Below the pieces are notes generated by a model. The model searched no databases and was not told where the DNA came from. It saw nothing but the letters and a program-made list of their open reading frames with translations. This document shows, piece by piece, positions 26,701 to 34,914 of a stretch of DNA of 54,839 nucleotides. The stretch lies in the IMG/VR virus record IMGVR_UViG_3300009605_000029, positions 1 to 54,839 of that record; one strand, written 5' to 3'. Both the position numbers and the translations under genes were made by a program. Origin of the DNA: a virus. Lineage: Duplodnaviria; Caudoviricetes. The stretch's first letter is position 1. Each line of letters starts with the position of its first letter.

Positions 26701-27758
26701 GCTTGACCAAGGGTTTGGGCTGCCTGACGGGTTCCCATCGGTCCCATGCCCTGGCCATATGCGACTCGGCCTGCCATGGCAGCAGCTTCGGGCTGTGTAA
26801 AACCAGCAATCCTTTGCCCGGCATATTGCTGATAGGGACGCTGGCCTTCGGTTACAATACGATCAGTAAGATTGGCCCACTGTTGTGCGGTCTGCTGTGG
26901 CACACCATAGGAGGTGACCCTGGACACCGAAGGTGCGGGACCACCCTGCTGTAGCCCTATTATGCCACCGGAAGCTCTCCGGGGTCGTCCCTGATTCATT
27001 AGCTCTTGGTAATATCTTATCTTCTGTTCATCTGACAGAAGATCTTCTTCTTCCTGTGGTAAATCACCTGAACCAAGACGACCGGGAGACATCAAGACAT
27101 CAGCGAGAGCCGACAGAGGATTAAGCGCGGATGCCCCACCAGCAAGAGCGAGACTTTTTATACCCCTTCCCTTGAAACGTCCCCCCATTCTCTTCAACGC
27201 ATCTTGAATCCGAACCCTTCGGCTTGGTGGGCTCCCTGGAGGAGGATGCCCCTGTGAAGCCCAATAACGCTCTTCTCTAGCATACTCTCCCATCATTCTT
27301 CGATGGGCAGCATCTTTCCGCTCCCTCTCACGAAGATCCCAATCTTCAAACACCCGATCTTGCCAGCGACGCGCCTCTTCAGGTTTTAGTGGACCCTCTC
27401 TCCCCTCCCATGGAAAAGGACCGCGAACTGTGCGTGATCCCCCGGCACCCGTGCCCGGACCTAACATACGATTTGGATCTGTGATTCTGCCTGCCCCACG
27501 AGCAACTGGCACCCGGCGTTGGCCAGCACGAACCATATCCCTTCTTTCGTTACGCAAACGATCAAGCTCATCGCGGGTATCCTGCCAATATCTCTCAGGA
27601 TCACGGAGATGTTCTTGGGAACCACTTCCGCCCGCTTCTATTTCCATCTCCATCATACGAATTTTGTATTCTATATCCTCTAAGGCTTTACGCATGGGAC
27701 TAGGACCACCATACTCGCCACCATGCTGATAACTAGGATAATTAATTTTTCTAGGCAT
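23799..27758 (-). CDS. Gln/Ala/Gly-rich DNA pilot/ejection-tube-like protein
   Basis: Start moved to ATG 27758, just after the upstream stop at 27763. PYQQYAGQRIAGFT, YMSQYTAGV...AGAFGGTRQAV core, long helical QAG arms, hydrophobic AAGVAGLGA near the C-terminus. Confidence 0.68.
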   Translation of the reverse strand: MPRKINYPSYQHGGEYGGPSPMRKALEDIEYKIRMMEMEIEAGGSGSQEHLRDPERYWQDTRDELDRLRNERRDMVRAGQRRVPVARGAGRITDPNRMLGPGTGAGGSRTVRGPFPWEGREGPLKPEEARRWQDRVFEDWDLRERERKDAAHRRMMGEYAREERYWASQGHPPPGSPPSRRVRIQDALKRMGGRFKGRGIKSLALAGGASALNPLSALADVLMSPGRLGSGDLPQEEEDLLSDEQKIRYYQELMNQGRPRRASGGIIGLQQGGPAPSVSRVTSYGVPQQTAQQWANLTDRIVTEGQRPYQQYAGQRIAGFTQPEAAAMAGRVAYGQGMGPMGTRQAAQTLGQAGQMIGGAQQGLMGLQPQYAQMAAQFGAAAPLAQQQAQQAALGMGQLGARAELQGQLAGAGMRQTGTAGQVEQRLLGIGQAAAGATEQARQQFLGAGQATAAEAAQAQMAGLGGGMAGAGQAALTAQQQLATGIRGLGAGAAGQAQAREAQATALGQQAQQAGAAGQAQMAGLGTQAQQLGAQAMGRMGATGQQALGIGQQAMAQMGGLGGQAGELGADIRGQLGGTGLQAQQAGQIGAADIRQAGLEGQQAALAGQRAITGVGARAGAAGAQTAADIQAAGAGAQQLGQAGLAGVTGVGGRAGAAGAEAARAIQAAGAQGQQLGQQALAGITGVGGRAGAAGAEAAQRMRALGAQAPQLGGGADLSQYMSQYTAGVTDPQLQQLMEFQRMQGQELGSRAAQAGAFGGTRQAVQAAEQAKAASQQAAEIIGKGQQEAFQSAVGREREDARRREQAQQMGLSAEQQAAVAQQAGLTQEQQAQLGGFGAAQQAQTQAQQAAMQAAQARQAGLSAEQQAQLGGYGLAQSGQSQAQQAAQAAGAARQAGLGAEQQAQIAGMGAAQAGQAGRQAAAQQAVQAQQQGIAALQQAQQAGGSAAQQAMSQQAQLAQQAAAAGQQGVAAQLAAQQAGVGAAQAGGAQQLQAAQQGLAAGQQAGQAQLQALQTGIGAGQYGSDAQMRAQQQAAQMGDVGAARQLQGLQAQIGAVGQGAQFGMQGLEAQRAASLAGAAERAQGLAAQRAAAQAGVGMSQLGQQQGLQAAQTGTQLGLGALQAAQAAREQGWGTYGQMLGQQQGAIGAQGQLYGQMGGMGGQLAGVGGQQMQLGAQQQQQQLERLRGMEAAGEKQRQLQQQSLGMGYQDWQNKLNQERANIGWQQSAMGGLPYQGTVTQSAYEPQTGPGASAMAAGVAGLGAWDKFQRNQQGTQNQQGTQNQQGVTPASSSQSWTGKDLWEGYGTSDWKGPGLGLQNQW
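23907..23955 (-). repeat. 18-bp tandem repeat (about 2.7 copies) encoding NQQGTQ
   Basis: Unit tccttgttgattctgcgt repeated head to tail without spacers. Confidence 0.9.
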
Positions 27759-27762
27759 AGTT

Positions 27763-30700
27763 TTATGTGTTGATGTTGCCAACGAAGTCATCCCATACCG
27801 CCGCACCGGGAGGCGTTCCGGGATCAATTCTCGTAGCTGCATCTATTAATTCGTCTCGTCCCGCTTCTGCATCACCCGCATTTACGATGTATTCTCCACC
27901 AGCAAGCAACGCCCTTACGGGAAGCGGGCCCCCTTCGGCTAAACGCTCCTCAAAATCGTCCTTAAATGACTTTTCTATAGCAAGACTATCATCTACTAAG
28001 CCATTGCCCTGCGGTCCATTATCGGGATAAGGAGGAAGGAATCCCTCTTCAACTAAACTATCTGCTCCACCTTCTCCCATTTTCTGAACTCGTACTTGAT
28101 TAGTTATCTCCTCAACTAATCCAGGAAATAATTTTTGAATTTCGACAAGAATCTGTGATGCTTGAGCAGCGGGCATCTCGCCGTTTATAGCTGCCGTGGC
28201 AACCTGTATTATTTCTACAGGAATTTCTTCATTGGATTCTGCGGGTATCATAGAAGGATCAACTGGGCCACCATATGCGAATGTCGGTGCCGATGGCGGA
28301 GGTATCACAGGAGGCGGCGGCAATGGTGTCACAGGCGGCGGATCCGGCGGAGGCGGTGTAACAGGCGCACCTCCAAATCCACCGCCAGGGGCCGGGCCTG
28401 CGCCTAGTTCCTGCTGTCCACCAAGCCTGCTCATTAGCCCACCATAAGCAGGATCAAATGCAGAAGGTTGACTGGCTGTGGGCATATTAAACGGATCATA
28501 CCCAGTGATCGGAGCGGCTCCCGTTGCCGCCGCGGTTTCAGCCATTAACCCAGCACGATAGGGAGCAGCTTCTCGTGCAGCATCAGCAGCAGCCTTTGCA
28601 TCCGCCGCAGCTTTCGCATCAGCAGCAGCCTTTTTATCCGCCGCAGCCTTCGCGGCAGCATTTTGTGCTGCAGCATCCTTCGCAGCCTGTGCAGCAGCAT
28701 CCTTCGCTGTCTTCGCAGCAGCAGCTTGTGCGGCCCTTGCATCCTTATCGGCTTGAAGTCGTTCCAGTCGCTCGGCATCTGCGGCAGCAGCCTGCCGCCT
28801 AGCAGCATCTCTAGCTAAGTTTTCTTCCCGCTCAAACTCTTCTTCCTCAAAACCCTCATCACCATACCCCTCTGAACCAAACCCAGTACCTGTCGAGGGC
28901 CCTTGCTGATAACGTCTCCCTACATAACTCCTAGTACGTGGCAATGCATCAAGAAAATCATCGTACTCATCTCCATGATATCCACCACCGCTCGTCGGGC
29001 CACGTCCTATATTTCCAAGAGGATCCGTTAGTGCCGGAACAGATGGTGATGCCGTAGTCGTAGGAGGCGGAGGGAATGGTACCGGAACAGATGGTGGCAC
29101 CGTAGCTGTAGGAGGCGGCGGAGGTGGTGCCACAGCAAACAAGTCCTCATCAACCTCCGGATCCCCTATAAACTCATCTTCAATTATCTCTCGTTGTGCC
29201 GCCCGTGCCTCCAAGATAGCTCTTCGCTCCTCTAACCGCCGATCCTCTTCGTCCCCTTCATCCCCGCCAATAAACGGAGGCATAGTTGCCATCGTCTCTG
29301 GCATAGAAGGTGGTGGGGGTGGCGGAGTCATGGGTGGTAGAGGTGCTGCCGCAGCTTGCTCTGGCGGAGGTGGTGGTGGAGGCGGAAGCGGAGGCGTTAG
29401 TGGAATCAGCCCCGACTCTTGTAACTGCTGGCCAACTGGCTGAACAGCAGGACTAGCTACCGGAGGTGCTACCGGAGGTGCTACCGGAGGTGGCGGAGGT
29501 AAAAGTGCGGCAGGTGGAGGGGGTGGTAGTAATGTCGGGCGTGGTAGGCGCGGCGGCATTACCGCTGGCTGCATAAAATCTTCCTCACCCTCAAAACCTT
29601 CAAACTCCCGTCGCGGCATAGCAGGTCTTTGCCGTAACTGCTTTCTCCCATATTTCTGAGCAGCGGGAGCAGCCCTTCGCTGCGGCTGCTGCTTTCTCCC
29701 CCTTCTTCCCGCCTTTTTCCTCTTTTTCCGCCCAGCACGGCCACCTCTTCTATACCCTGGAAGTGGAAGTGAAATCAATCCACCCTCTGCTGCCCCGACT
29801 GTGGCATAGCCCTGTGCTGGCGCGACGTATCCAGGAGTAGCGGATTGTGGCATAACAGCTTGGGCTTCAGCAGTATAAGCACTCGGCATCTGGCTTTCAG
29901 GACTTCCTTTATATTGCGCTTCTTCAAGTTGTGCCATCGCCGGATAAAGCAACGCCACCTTTTTGGGATCCGACAAATAATTAAGTGCCGCACCACCAAA
30001 TTCACCCAATCCCTTGCCCCTGATCAGCGATCCAAGCCCACCCCTCAGGGTTCCCGTCAGTTTTTGCTCGGCTATTTCTTCTGCCGTTTTACCAAGAAGA
30101 TTACCTGAAGCAGCCTTTAAGCCCGAACTTAAAGCCTTGCCGCCCAGATAACCTTTCATGCCGCCCAACAGAGCGGACTTCAAGCTCTTATTCTCAATAC
30201 CACTTATTAATGCACCGACACCTGCACCAAGCGCAGGATTAATTGCTCCAAGCGCCATAGGCGCAATTGTCTTAGCGCCCTTCCACAACCCCTTTGCTGC
30301 TTTCTTCAGCCAGCCGCCGAAACCATAGGCGGGGATATAGCCACCATTAACCAACACCATCGGCACATAACCGCCATCCTGATAACCCGGAATCAAGCCA
30401 CCATGAGCCATAGGTTCAATACTCATTTTCCAACTCGTTGGAGGTCCACCACCTACACGCTCACCACCACCTACGGCAGATGGAGGGGTTGGCAATGGTT
30501 TGGCAAATCCCGGCCCACCACCATATGGGCGCGGGCGTAGCACTGGTGCTGGTACATCTTGATCGAACTGCTGACCCGGATTCTGTGCTTGAAACGCCCT
30601 TATCTGTTGTGACTGTGCTTGCTGTTCCGCTTTTTGCCAAGCAGGTCTTGTATCGACGGATGGGAGAAGTGGACCTCCGTATACCCCCTGCATCCCCGCC

Positions 30701-30894
30701 TGCTGAAGCTGCTGTGGAGGTGGAGAGGGTGCCAAACCCGGCATAACTTCTCGGCCATTGATGAAAGTGGACCGACCCATAGGATTATTCCATCCACCGG
30801 GGCTTGCCATCGGAGCCTGCTGTATTGGCTGTGGTCGCTGAAATCGTCCGCGCAACCCACCTATACCCCTAGACCGAAATCCGCCGAATGCCAT
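27763..30894 (-). CDS. Proline-rich multi-segment putative ejection/virion protein
   Basis: Multiple xAxGG/YQxGG motifs, amphipathic WLKKAAKGLWKG segment, basic cluster, poly-Pro, AKAAAD helix, C-terminal ALLAGGEYIVNA. Confidence 0.62.
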   Translation of the reverse strand: MAFGGFRSRGIGGLRGRFQRPQPIQQAPMASPGGWNNPMGRSTFINGREVMPGLAPSPPPQQLQQAGMQGVYGGPLLPSVDTRPAWQKAEQQAQSQQIRAFQAQNPGQQFDQDVPAPVLRPRPYGGGPGFAKPLPTPPSAVGGGERVGGGPPTSWKMSIEPMAHGGLIPGYQDGGYVPMVLVNGGYIPAYGFGGWLKKAAKGLWKGAKTIAPMALGAINPALGAGVGALISGIENKSLKSALLGGMKGYLGGKALSSGLKAASGNLLGKTAEEIAEQKLTGTLRGGLGSLIRGKGLGEFGGAALNYLSDPKKVALLYPAMAQLEEAQYKGSPESQMPSAYTAEAQAVMPQSATPGYVAPAQGYATVGAAEGGLISLPLPGYRRGGRAGRKKRKKAGRRGRKQQPQRRAAPAAQKYGRKQLRQRPAMPRREFEGFEGEEDFMQPAVMPPRLPRPTLLPPPPPAALLPPPPPVAPPVAPPVASPAVQPVGQQLQESGLIPLTPPLPPPPPPPPEQAAAAPLPPMTPPPPPPSMPETMATMPPFIGGDEGDEEDRRLEERRAILEARAAQREIIEDEFIGDPEVDEDLFAVAPPPPPPTATVPPSVPVPFPPPPTTTASPSVPALTDPLGNIGRGPTSGGGYHGDEYDDFLDALPRTRSYVGRRYQQGPSTGTGFGSEGYGDEGFEEEEFEREENLARDAARRQAAAADAERLERLQADKDARAAQAAAAKTAKDAAAQAAKDAAAQNAAAKAAADKKAAADAKAAADAKAAADAAREAAPYRAGLMAETAAATGAAPITGYDPFNMPTASQPSAFDPAYGGLMSRLGGQQELGAGPAPGGGFGGAPVTPPPPDPPPVTPLPPPPVIPPPSAPTFAYGGPVDPSMIPAESNEEIPVEIIQVATAAINGEMPAAQASQILVEIQKLFPGLVEEITNQVRVQKMGEGGADSLVEEGFLPPYPDNGPQGNGLVDDSLAIEKSFKDDFEERLAEGGPLPVRALLAGGEYIVNAGDAEAGRDELIDAATRIDPGTPPGAAVWDDFVGNINT

Positions 30895-31224
30895 TTAACT
30901 AGTCTCTACGCCGAAGATACTGAACGACATATCGCCTGAACTCGCGTAAATAGTGACAACATCATCTTCGCTTAGGGTTATGCCAACGATGATGAATACC
31001 GTATCGTTAGCGGCAACCGATTTCCCGTAGTAAATGTAATGTTCGTTTGCTACGGTTGCGCCCGACGGACGGACAGCCACCCTGAAGGTGAGTGCCCCGC
31101 CAGAGCGGTTGCAGGCGGCAATAGAACTGACCGTCGTTACAGTAGCGTCCGGTACCGTGTACAGATCGGTATTCGTTGTCGCTGACGGTGCTGATTGCCC
31201 CAGTACCTTTAAGGTATCAGCCAT
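30895..31224 (-). CDS. Small beta-rich virion structural protein
   Basis: MADTLKVLGQSAPSATTNTDLYTVP...CN...FRVAV pattern, common just downstream of podovirus nozzle genes. Confidence 0.65.
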   Translation of the reverse strand: MADTLKVLGQSAPSATTNTDLYTVPDATVTTVSSIAACNRSGGALTFRVAVRPSGATVANEHYIYYGKSVAANDTVFIIVGITLSEDDVVTIYASSGDMSFSIFGVETS

Positions 31225-31420
31225 TACTAGCACCAAGCAATAAAAATTGATATTTACGAAGCGACAGAGAACTGTCGCTATCAGCCTGTACCTTCACGGC
31301 ATGGATGTCACTGCTAACATCTTCGAAGTTTTGTTCAATGGTTCTGCGGGACATACTCTCATCGTATTCCTGATATTGCTCTGGTGCGCGGTTGAGTGGA
31401 CGATAGACCTTGAGGCTCAT
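31217..31420 (-). CDS. Hypothetical virion protein
   Basis: Overlaps both neighbours; LNRAPEQY motif. Confidence 0.55.
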   Translation of the reverse strand: MSLKVYRPLNRAPEQYQEYDESMSRRTIEQNFEDVSSDIHAVKVQADSDSSLSLRKYQFLLLGASNG

Positions 31421-33798
31421 CGTCTGCCATCCGTTCTACCGTCGAGCCTTACCTGACCAACACGCCAACCGTATCCGGCACCTGTACTCTGCACTTTCAT
31501 TGACACCTGCCGTGCCCTACCACGAATAGACGATTGATCCGTGGAGGGCGTGATCGCGGCACTCGCTATCTCAGATTGTGCCTGTGCGGGATAGTTATGT
31601 CCATTCAAGCTGATCGTTACTTCATCACCTGAGTCGCCATCCCTAAATTGAATGTCTGGTATAATTCTATTCAGTGACCAGAATTGATAACCATCACCAA
31701 GCTCAATGTCGCCCGTTTCGATATAGGCCGTCATCGCTGATCCATCATCGTCATGGCCGCTTTCGTGACTGTACAACAGGTTTGGATATATACCCTTCAC
31801 TGTATTTCCACCGCCCGTAGCGGAGGATGTAGCAAGATCAGCCAAAGTAATTGTGTAGGTATTCGCATCCGTGATAGATGCGACGGTATGCTGGTTATTC
31901 AGCACCACAGTTGAAAGGCCACCAACTGTAGACACACTCTGCAAAATAATCTCGTCATCCACTTTAAGTCCGTGACCCGCATCCGTAATCGTGACTGTGC
32001 CAGAACTACTGCTTGTCACTAGAGGAGTATCGCCTAGATCCCTTTCCCGTATCGAAGAAGCGAGCGGATAGGATTTAGTGCCCGCATGGCTCCATGAGCC
32101 ACGCACCATCGTTCCGGTATACCAGATGTTTTCGGCATAGTTGAAGATGATGTACTTGTCGATTTCGCCGTCACCAGACTCAGATGGATAGAACCATATG
32201 ACTTCAGAGAAGTCTGTATTCGATCCAGCAACCACCTTATAGGCTTGGCTATCGTCAAAATCATCGAACACGGTGCCCAGTACGGGACAAGTAAGCCTCT
32301 GTGCCGTCCCGGTATAGGTGTAGAACGCACCGCGATCCATGAAATAGACTGTACCGCCTGCGTTTACCGCCGCATTAGGCGACACCATCGACATACCCTT
32401 GGCTGTCTCTGTAAACGAGAAATAGAAGGGGCTGCCGATGTATCTCATGCTCACGATACCACAATCAGTCCATATCAGGATTTCTTGGCGCGTCATCATT
32501 GCACCCACAATCTCCGAACAGGCCGCTAACTCCTGACCACCAGCACTGTTGGTAGATAATGGTTGCCATACTCCTGCCGTCTCTGAACTAGACCATCTAA
32601 CGAGCAATGGATTGATCGTAGTCGCTCCAATTTCATTACAACCGAACGCAATGACATGACGGGCAACATCTGACATCATCACTTGATGAGCGGCTGTAGG
32701 CGTGTAGTAGGTTCCGGCCTTATAGACCGCGACTACGGCAGAGCCGCCACCTGTTGCTGTACCGCTGGCATCTGCACCACCAATATCTGCCGTAAACGTG
32801 GCTTTGTTTGTAACGGAAGCCACCGTCATCTCTACATTCAGCCTCGCCGCACTTATGCCGCCCAAAGCACCGCTCACCCCAGATATCGTGACCGTATCCC
32901 CGGCAGTCGCTCCATGACCAGCTTTGTCGATGATCGTGACAATAGTGCCACCACTGGTAACCGTTACCGGATCATTTGAAAGGGTCACTGTACGACGTGT
33001 TATGTCGCTGAGTGCTACGGCAGCGGTTGCCGTGCCCACGCTCGCATCCCAGTAATAGATATTGCCCTGCCGAACATTGGCGAGCATATCATCACCGAAA
33101 TTTGCTACCGACCACAAACGCAACTGATTGGATTGGCCTAAGCCAGCCCCAGATCCCCAACCACCAGATCCCCAAGGATCTGCACCAAAACCGGATGCCG
33201 ATACATAGTCATTGAGTCCAGTATTGATCTGAAACGCAGCGGTTACACTGCTTCCGCCACCGCTCGCGCTCGACGTTGCTTTCGTGGAGCATACAACCCG
33301 GAACTTCGTATCGGGATTGGCATCACTAGTATCGCCAAGTGCTACAATACGATGTTCCGTATTGAGTGCGCCTGTACCGATACCAGCCGTGGCAGTGGCA
33401 CCCGCGATAGTTACATAATCACCCTTCACTGCTCCGTGATCAGTGGCTGTTTCGATGGTAACAACAGCAGTTCCATCGACAGCCGTGATCTTGTCCGTAG
33501 CAAGGGTGAGTGTGGTGCGAGTAGGAGTAATATCGTAGTAGTTATCGCCAAGATTTATATACAACTTCAGGTTGGTTCCGACTCCGACATACTTGTCGCC
33601 AGAATCGGTAACCCAATCGTGAAGCTTTCTGGCAGTTCCCAGATAGGTACTCAGAACATACTTGGCCCAACCACCGATCTTTTCAGCGAATCCCTTACGA
33701 AATCGCACTTTATCAGAATCATACCAAGTACCCTGTGCAGAATACCTAGTACCATCCGTAAAAAGCCCAGCTTGGGGTGCAATTTTAGTAAAGGGCAT
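31417..33798 (-). CDS. Tail nozzle/stabilisation protein (P22 gp10 or tail tubular B-like) with three inserted beta-modules
   Basis: WYDSDKVRFRKGFAEKIGGW, propeller-like VRWSSSE and EVIWFYPS, C-terminal RGRARQ...WRVG..RLD...DGRR; three VT...HG...(G/D)D.(V/I).(I/L) modules resembling E1 FCCH-like domains. Confidence 0.72.
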   Translation of the reverse strand: MPFTKIAPQAGLFTDGTRYSAQGTWYDSDKVRFRKGFAEKIGGWAKYVLSTYLGTARKLHDWVTDSGDKYVGVGTNLKLYINLGDNYYDITPTRTTLTLATDKITAVDGTAVVTIETATDHGAVKGDYVTIAGATATAGIGTGALNTEHRIVALGDTSDANPDTKFRVVCSTKATSSASGGGSSVTAAFQINTGLNDYVSASGFGADPWGSGGWGSGAGLGQSNQLRLWSVANFGDDMLANVRQGNIYYWDASVGTATAAVALSDITRRTVTLSNDPVTVTSGGTIVTIIDKAGHGATAGDTVTISGVSGALGGISAARLNVEMTVASVTNKATFTADIGGADASGTATGGGSAVVAVYKAGTYYTPTAAHQVMMSDVARHVIAFGCNEIGATTINPLLVRWSSSETAGVWQPLSTNSAGGQELAACSEIVGAMMTRQEILIWTDCGIVSMRYIGSPFYFSFTETAKGMSMVSPNAAVNAGGTVYFMDRGAFYTYTGTAQRLTCPVLGTVFDDFDDSQAYKVVAGSNTDFSEVIWFYPSESGDGEIDKYIIFNYAENIWYTGTMVRGSWSHAGTKSYPLASSIRERDLGDTPLVTSSSSGTVTITDAGHGLKVDDEIILQSVSTVGGLSTVVLNNQHTVASITDANTYTITLADLATSSATGGGNTVKGIYPNLLYSHESGHDDDGSAMTAYIETGDIELGDGYQFWSLNRIIPDIQFRDGDSGDEVTISLNGHNYPAQAQSEIASAAITPSTDQSSIRGRARQVSMKVQSTGAGYGWRVGQVRLDGRTDGRR

Positions 33799-33803
33799 AA
33801 CTG

Positions 33804-34106
33804 TTATTCCCTAGCGATACCGTTGCTTGTTTTGATCGTTAAGCAACGCTCATTCGGATTATCACTGTCTAAGTTGCCCCCAACAATCTCATCTCCAACA
33901 CACATCCCTATACCTATAAGAAAGGCCTCCCATTTAGACTGAGCCTCAATGTGTATATGGCGAGTTTGATTCACGGTCTGAAGTAAGTCTTTAGCTAAAT
34001 CAGCCTGCTCTGGAGAAAAATAAATATCTTTAGTGAATAGACCGTTCGGCTTATTTTCTGTGGACGTATCTTCAGAAATGCCCTTAACTTCCCCGCTTTT
34101 TAGCAT
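33804..34106 (-). CDS. Hypothetical protein
   Basis: Fills the operon gap; start uncertain (34106 or 34166). Confidence 0.5.
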   Translation of the reverse strand: MLKSGEVKGISEDTSTENKPNGLFTKDIYFSPEQADLAKDLLQTVNQTRHIHIEAQSKWEAFLIGIGMCVGDEIVGGNLDSDNPNERCLTIKTSNGIARE

Positions 34107-34323
34107 CGGTGACCCTTTCTTTGAGGTTTTCTGTTTCCGTTTCAACTGCCGCGAGACGTTCCCCATGTGAATCCACCTTGTTGTCTAATCTATTAACGAT
34201 TTTCTCAATTTGGATCATCGACTGTCGCATACCATTCATGCCGACCTTAACTCCTCCGTATGCGGCACCAGCAGCAAGTGGCGCAGCCAGCAGAGAAATG
34301 AGCGTAGCGATATCAGCTTCCAT
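34084..34323 (-). CDS. Small membrane plus coiled-coil protein
   Basis: MEADIATLISLLAAPLAAGAAYGGV followed by heptads. Confidence 0.6.
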   Translation of the reverse strand: MEADIATLISLLAAPLAAGAAYGGVKVGMNGMRQSMIQIEKIVNRLDNKVDSHGERLAAVETETENLKERVTDAKKRGS

Positions 34324-34615
34324 CTTCTTCAAGATCTCTGCGAATTTCACTTAACTCCATATCAATAAAATCTAATCTCATATTTTGCTCCGCATCATCC
34401 GGCAAACTGCCCAACTCACCACGCGGCCAGAGAACGCGAAATTCGCTGTTCGCTTCAATCTGGATATTAGATAATTCCGCGTCTCGTTCCAGCACACTAA
34501 GCCTTTCGCCAACCCTGAAATATCCCATAACCGCAACTGCTGTAGCAGCAATCAAAGCGATCAAGTTACGCACAGGTATCGTAACCTCGCTGCTGTCATT
34601 TAGTCGTGCTGGCAT
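34313..34615 (-). CDS. Small membrane plus coiled-coil protein
   Basis: VTIPVRNLIALIAATAVAVMGYF...WPRGELGSLPDDAEQ. Confidence 0.62.
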   Translation of the reverse strand: MPARLNDSSEVTIPVRNLIALIAATAVAVMGYFRVGERLSVLERDAELSNIQIEANSEFRVLWPRGELGSLPDDAEQNMRLDFIDMELSEIRRDLEEDGS

Positions 34616-34640
34616 GATACCACGCCTGTGTCACAATGTA

Positions 34641-34895
34641 TTAGCGCAACAACAACCATACCGCCGCAGCCGCCACGGCAGGTGCAACCACATCAAGAAC
34701 GGCATCAAGTACGTTAATGGACCTTTTCTTCAGCAGCTTCTTTATCTGCTGCTCGCACTCACGAAAAGCATATCCCCATACGGCCAGCGCACCAGATACC
34801 TCAACAGGCAACACAAAACTGAATGCGAACGTCAGAACACCTGCAATTAAAAAATGACTGATCCACGTTTGATAATCCTTCTCTCCCCACGCCAT
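34641..34895 (-). CDS. Small polytopic membrane protein
   Basis: Two or three hydrophobic segments; start at ATG 34895. Confidence 0.55.
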   Translation of the reverse strand: MAWGEKDYQTWISHFLIAGVLTFAFSFVLPVEVSGALAVWGYAFRECEQQIKKLLKKRSINVLDAVLDVVAPAVAAAAVWLLLR

Positions 34896-34914
34896 ATATC
34901 CCTTTCTTAGCTTG

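Noticed and set aside
21650-30939. Many + strand ORFs of 60-200 aa opposite the low-complexity genes
   Set aside because: Antisense shadows of repetitive, stop-poor coding sequence; no recognisable motifs.
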